NCBI GenBank assembly: GCA_963693365.1
Contig: CAVNZM010000017.1
Span: 372,001-436,000, forward strand
Direction of reading: 5' to 3'
Source of the DNA: Amoebidium appalachense
Taxonomy: Eukaryota; Protista; Ichthyosporea
DNA length: 64,000 nt
Part shown: piece by piece, positions 42,390 to 64,000 of the stretch
How the letters are laid out: each line of letters opens with the position of its first letter
Position numbering within the stretch: the first letter of the stretch is position 1
Position numbers and translations under genes: made by a program
The notes under the pieces: generated by a model
Seen by the model: only the letters and a program-made list of their open reading frames with translations
What the model was told of the DNA's origin: nothing
Database searches by the model: none

Positions 42390-42841
42390 ATTCACTCACG
42401 GCCAGGATCGAACTGCAGCCCAAGAATCCGGGGCCGTACCGAATACATCCCTGGAGGGTTGGGTCTCATAAAAGACCTAAGCATTGCTTTTTCATATCGT
42501 TTTTCTTCTCATACACTTGCCTATTGTCACACATTACAATGTGCAGCAGCACGGTCTGAAAATGTAAAGTTTTCAGATTTTCGCGGAACTACCATCGCAT
42601 ATATGGCAGTGTTACAGGCAGGTATAGACCGTGTTAGCAACAGTGACGCAGTTATGACGTCATTTTTGTAGCTTTTAGGGGGCTTGTGACGTCATCACTT
42701 TTTAATAATGAAGATGTCGCCAAAGACCTTGTATCCCCGTGATCCCCGTGACGAGGGGTATCCAAAACTGCAAGTATCAGGTCCGTAGCGCGATCGCTTC
42801 CCTCGGGATCTAGAGGGGTCAATCTACGATGTCCGACACCA
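41959..42841. mobile_element. Non-autonomous Tc1/mariner-like element (TA target, 26-bp TIR)
   Basis: TA|CGGTGTCGGACATCGTAGATTGACCC ... GGGTCAATCTACGATGTCCGACACCA|TA, one terminal mismatch. Internal direct repeat TTAGGGGGCTTGTGACGTCATC at about 42172 and 42675. No transposase ORF. Confidence 0.85.
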
Positions 42842-42981
42842 TATAAGCTATGGACAGAGCCTCCTATTTTTAGCACAAAAACAGGCTGTGAACATTTGGA
42901 TAATAAAAAAATAAAAAGGAGGAGGAGGGACTCGGATTCGGATTCGTGGATCATTCAGGGCGGATGTCTGGGCGGGATTTG

Positions 42982-43293
42982 TAGTGGTCGGATGCATTCA
43001 GGGCTCAAAGGCCTATCTGTTAGCCCTGATCACCCAGAAGGCCAAAATCCTGCTCTTTGTAGCCATGTAGTCATATCTAATGAAATGTCAGTTGGTGACG
43101 ACCGCTGAGAGTGGCTAAAGCTGACCAGTCACGTTTTAAAATCTAAAGTCACCCACACTCTTCATCAAATTATTTATCTGAATTGATGACTGCCGACAGA
43201 TCGACCAATATTGCATTGACCAACCTGATAGATCCGATCAGGGCTACAAGAGCCTAAGTTTAGTCCTTTAAGCCCCTCATGCATCTGACCAGT
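42982..43293. mobile_element. Degraded MITE-like inverted repeat
   Basis: GGTCGGATGCATTCAGGGCTCAAAGGCCTA..TAGCCCTGATC (42986-43031) is the imperfect reverse complement of GATCAGGGCTA..TAGTCCTTTAAGCCCCTCATGCATCTGACC (43236-43290). Confidence 0.6.
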
Positions 43294-43805
43294 TGCCTAA
43301 ATCAAATATGAACCAGTCCAAATGTTTAAGTACTTTATATAAGTAACTTGCATTTGCTGTACTGGTCCGACCAGCAGACCCCACCATAGAGGCACACTTT
43401 TAAAACATGCGCATCAAACCACACGCCACTCTCCCTCACGATTTAGCGGGATATTAGTCCCAATCACATTCTGTTATGATTGTGGGGAAGAAGGAATTAA
43501 GGAACAGAAAGCGAAATTGTATACTATAGGATTTTAGGGTCGCAACCGGCATCAGAAATGAAGAAATCGACAACCAGCTTACGCATATGGATTCCTGCGC
43601 CTGTCTAACATGTCCTTTTTCTCCCAGATCCTACCCAAACAAAAACATGCTAGAAATTAAAAAGAAATCACATTTACAGCTTTTGACAAATGGTATCATT
43701 CTGCAACCAAAACCGCGACCAAGTTACTATCATTTGGAAGGGGAAAACAGGATAAAAGGAAATAAAGAGGGATAGGTGAATGTGTGTGTGTGTGTGTGTG
43801 TGTGT

Positions 43806-43842
<37 letters not shown>

Positions 43843-44124
43843 CGGGCTAGAGGGAAGACATTGTCCGCGATACACCACCAAATATGTCCTAGATAAAACG
43901 TCACGACTAATGGAGCACAGTGCTCTACTCTAGGCTCACCCCATTGGAAATATCATCGTGCAACTAATTACAGCCCACCACATGCCCCACACACCAACCC
44001 CAACATCTGATTGATGGCGCACACTGACTCACATCTTTCACAGTGTCGCCCCAACCAATGTTCAAAAGTTGCAACCAATAAACAGACACATGTCCCACAA
44101 TTCCGTGCGTGCACACGACACTCA

Positions 44125-44169
<45 letters not shown>

Positions 44170-44389
44170 AAAAGAAAGAAAGAAAAAAAGAAAAAGAAAA
44201 AAAGAAAGAAAGAAAGAAAGAAAGAAATAAAGAAAGAAAAAGAAAAAAAAAGAAAAAAGAAAAACCACCAAAACCTCAACCAAACCACACTCCAACACAT
44301 CCACAAGCACAATCTAAACACATTCCAACAAACGCACGATCAAAACAAACAACAACAAACCACCCACGATCAAAACATCCCCCAGCGTG

Positions 44390-49226
<4,837 letters not shown>

Positions 49227-50038
49227 GGTGTAGTTTGAGATAACTGCTTCGTCTGTAGTTATGCTTGAACTTGAATTACTTGACGGAAACCAAGAAAATA
49301 CTACGATGTCCTTACTCTGACCAACGGTCGATCACGGAACTGAGCGCGCATGTCCTAGCTCACATGACAACACAAGAGAAAAGAGAACCAGAAACCATTG
49401 CCAGGTGCCTCGGCTCAGTATCTTCCTCCACGCAAACCACTTCAACTCTGCACACTATGTCACTGAGTCTATGTCGTATGTACACCCGGTGTCTTTGTTG
49501 TTACCCCTCGTGACCTTACGTGTGTGCTTGTGCGTCGGGCGCAAGAGACGATCATGAAGGGCACGGCAACAACAGCCGTGGGCTGAGTGGCTCAGCTGAT
49601 TAGCCTGATTTGGCAGGTGGATCATATCCAACAAAAGTTATCCACAAAAAAATATACCTCGGATCAAGCGAGATACTTTCCGTGTCCAACAACAATCGAC
49701 GCCATTGGAAAACATGCTTATAGTTATCGGGAAAAAAAAAAGGTCTATGACATGGAGCAAGTACCCATTATTCGGCTGAGCTTTACAGCTTCACGGCTAT
49801 AATGGATATGGCAAACTCGTGATCTCAAAATAAAGGGAGAGCACACCATATGCAGGGAAAGCCAACCATCTGGCGTAGATAGAGGTCACGCCAAGAAATG
49901 CACCTTATTAAGCAGTGATTTTGACGCAGTAGTCGACAGTTTATTTCGTTTATACGGAAGATATTCACACATGATGCACAAAATGATATCACACACTGGC
50001 AAATGAATGTAATCAATCCAGCCTCACACAGTACAGGC

Positions 50039-50288
50039 TGGTGACACGACCCGATATTCGATCCGGGCTAACAAAAGCTACCGGGCCGACCCAGCAGCAC
50101 CACTCAACACCCTTACAGACTTATGATAACCCACCACTCACACACACACATTACACCCACTTATACGAAACCGCTAAACTCCGATCCGAGCCGGAGTTCC
50201 GAACCGAGCCAAGGGACCAACCAACAAATCACACACAGTACAACCCATTCTCACGGGCCGAATCCGAGTCGGGTTACGGGCCGGGCCA

Positions 50289-50291
<3 letters not shown>
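50039..50291. mobile_element. Putative degraded hAT-like MITE abutting the EPRS stop codon
   Basis: Ends TGGTGACACGACCCG / CGGGCCGGGCCACTA (imperfect TIR), clustered CCGA/TCGG subterminal motifs, 8-bp flanks GTACAGGC vs GTAGCTGC (5/8 identical). Confidence 0.4.
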
Positions 50292-63838
<13,547 letters not shown>

Positions 63839-64000
63839 CTGTGTGGAAAGGAATGGTTGGAATGTGGCTGGAATGTGGTTGGAATGTGGTGCAAAAAGGA
63901 GGCCAAAGAGTGAAATCTTGTATGTACACAGCAACATGCGAGAAGGGATAGAATGCAGTATGCAGTACATAAACAAACGTTGAATGTATGTGGTTTAAAA

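Overview
Intron-rich eukaryotic DNA, most likely a unicellular holozoan such as an ichthyosporean (inferred from a fused EPRS, a minor-spliceosome intron and CpG decay in repeats; not proven). Introns are full of (CA)/(GT) microsatellites and poly-C/G tracts, so nearly all long ORFs in the ORF track are artefacts. I assembled four spliced genes by hand: HBS1-like GTPase (minus, about 3624-26416), a sphingosine/diacylglycerol-kinase-family gene (plus, 27011-33330, divergent from HBS1), a mitochondrial DNAJC4-like J-protein (minus, 44390-49226), and the 3' part of a fused glutamyl-prolyl-tRNA synthetase with one WHEP domain (minus, 50289 to beyond the window end). There are also two tRNA-Pro(AGG) copies, several minisatellites, several MITE-like insertions and a repeat-dense intergenic block at 35-43 kb. 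Highlights: an alternative terminal exon inside HBS1 encoding a SKI7/HBS1LV3-like exosome adaptor; a U12-type AT-AC intron and two GC-AG introns in HBS1; complementary (GT)n/(AC)n tracts at opposite intron ends; a recurrent 30-nt intronic motif always in sense orientation; and a putative MITE whose terminus forms the EPRS stop codon. All coordinates were counted by eye and no searches were run.
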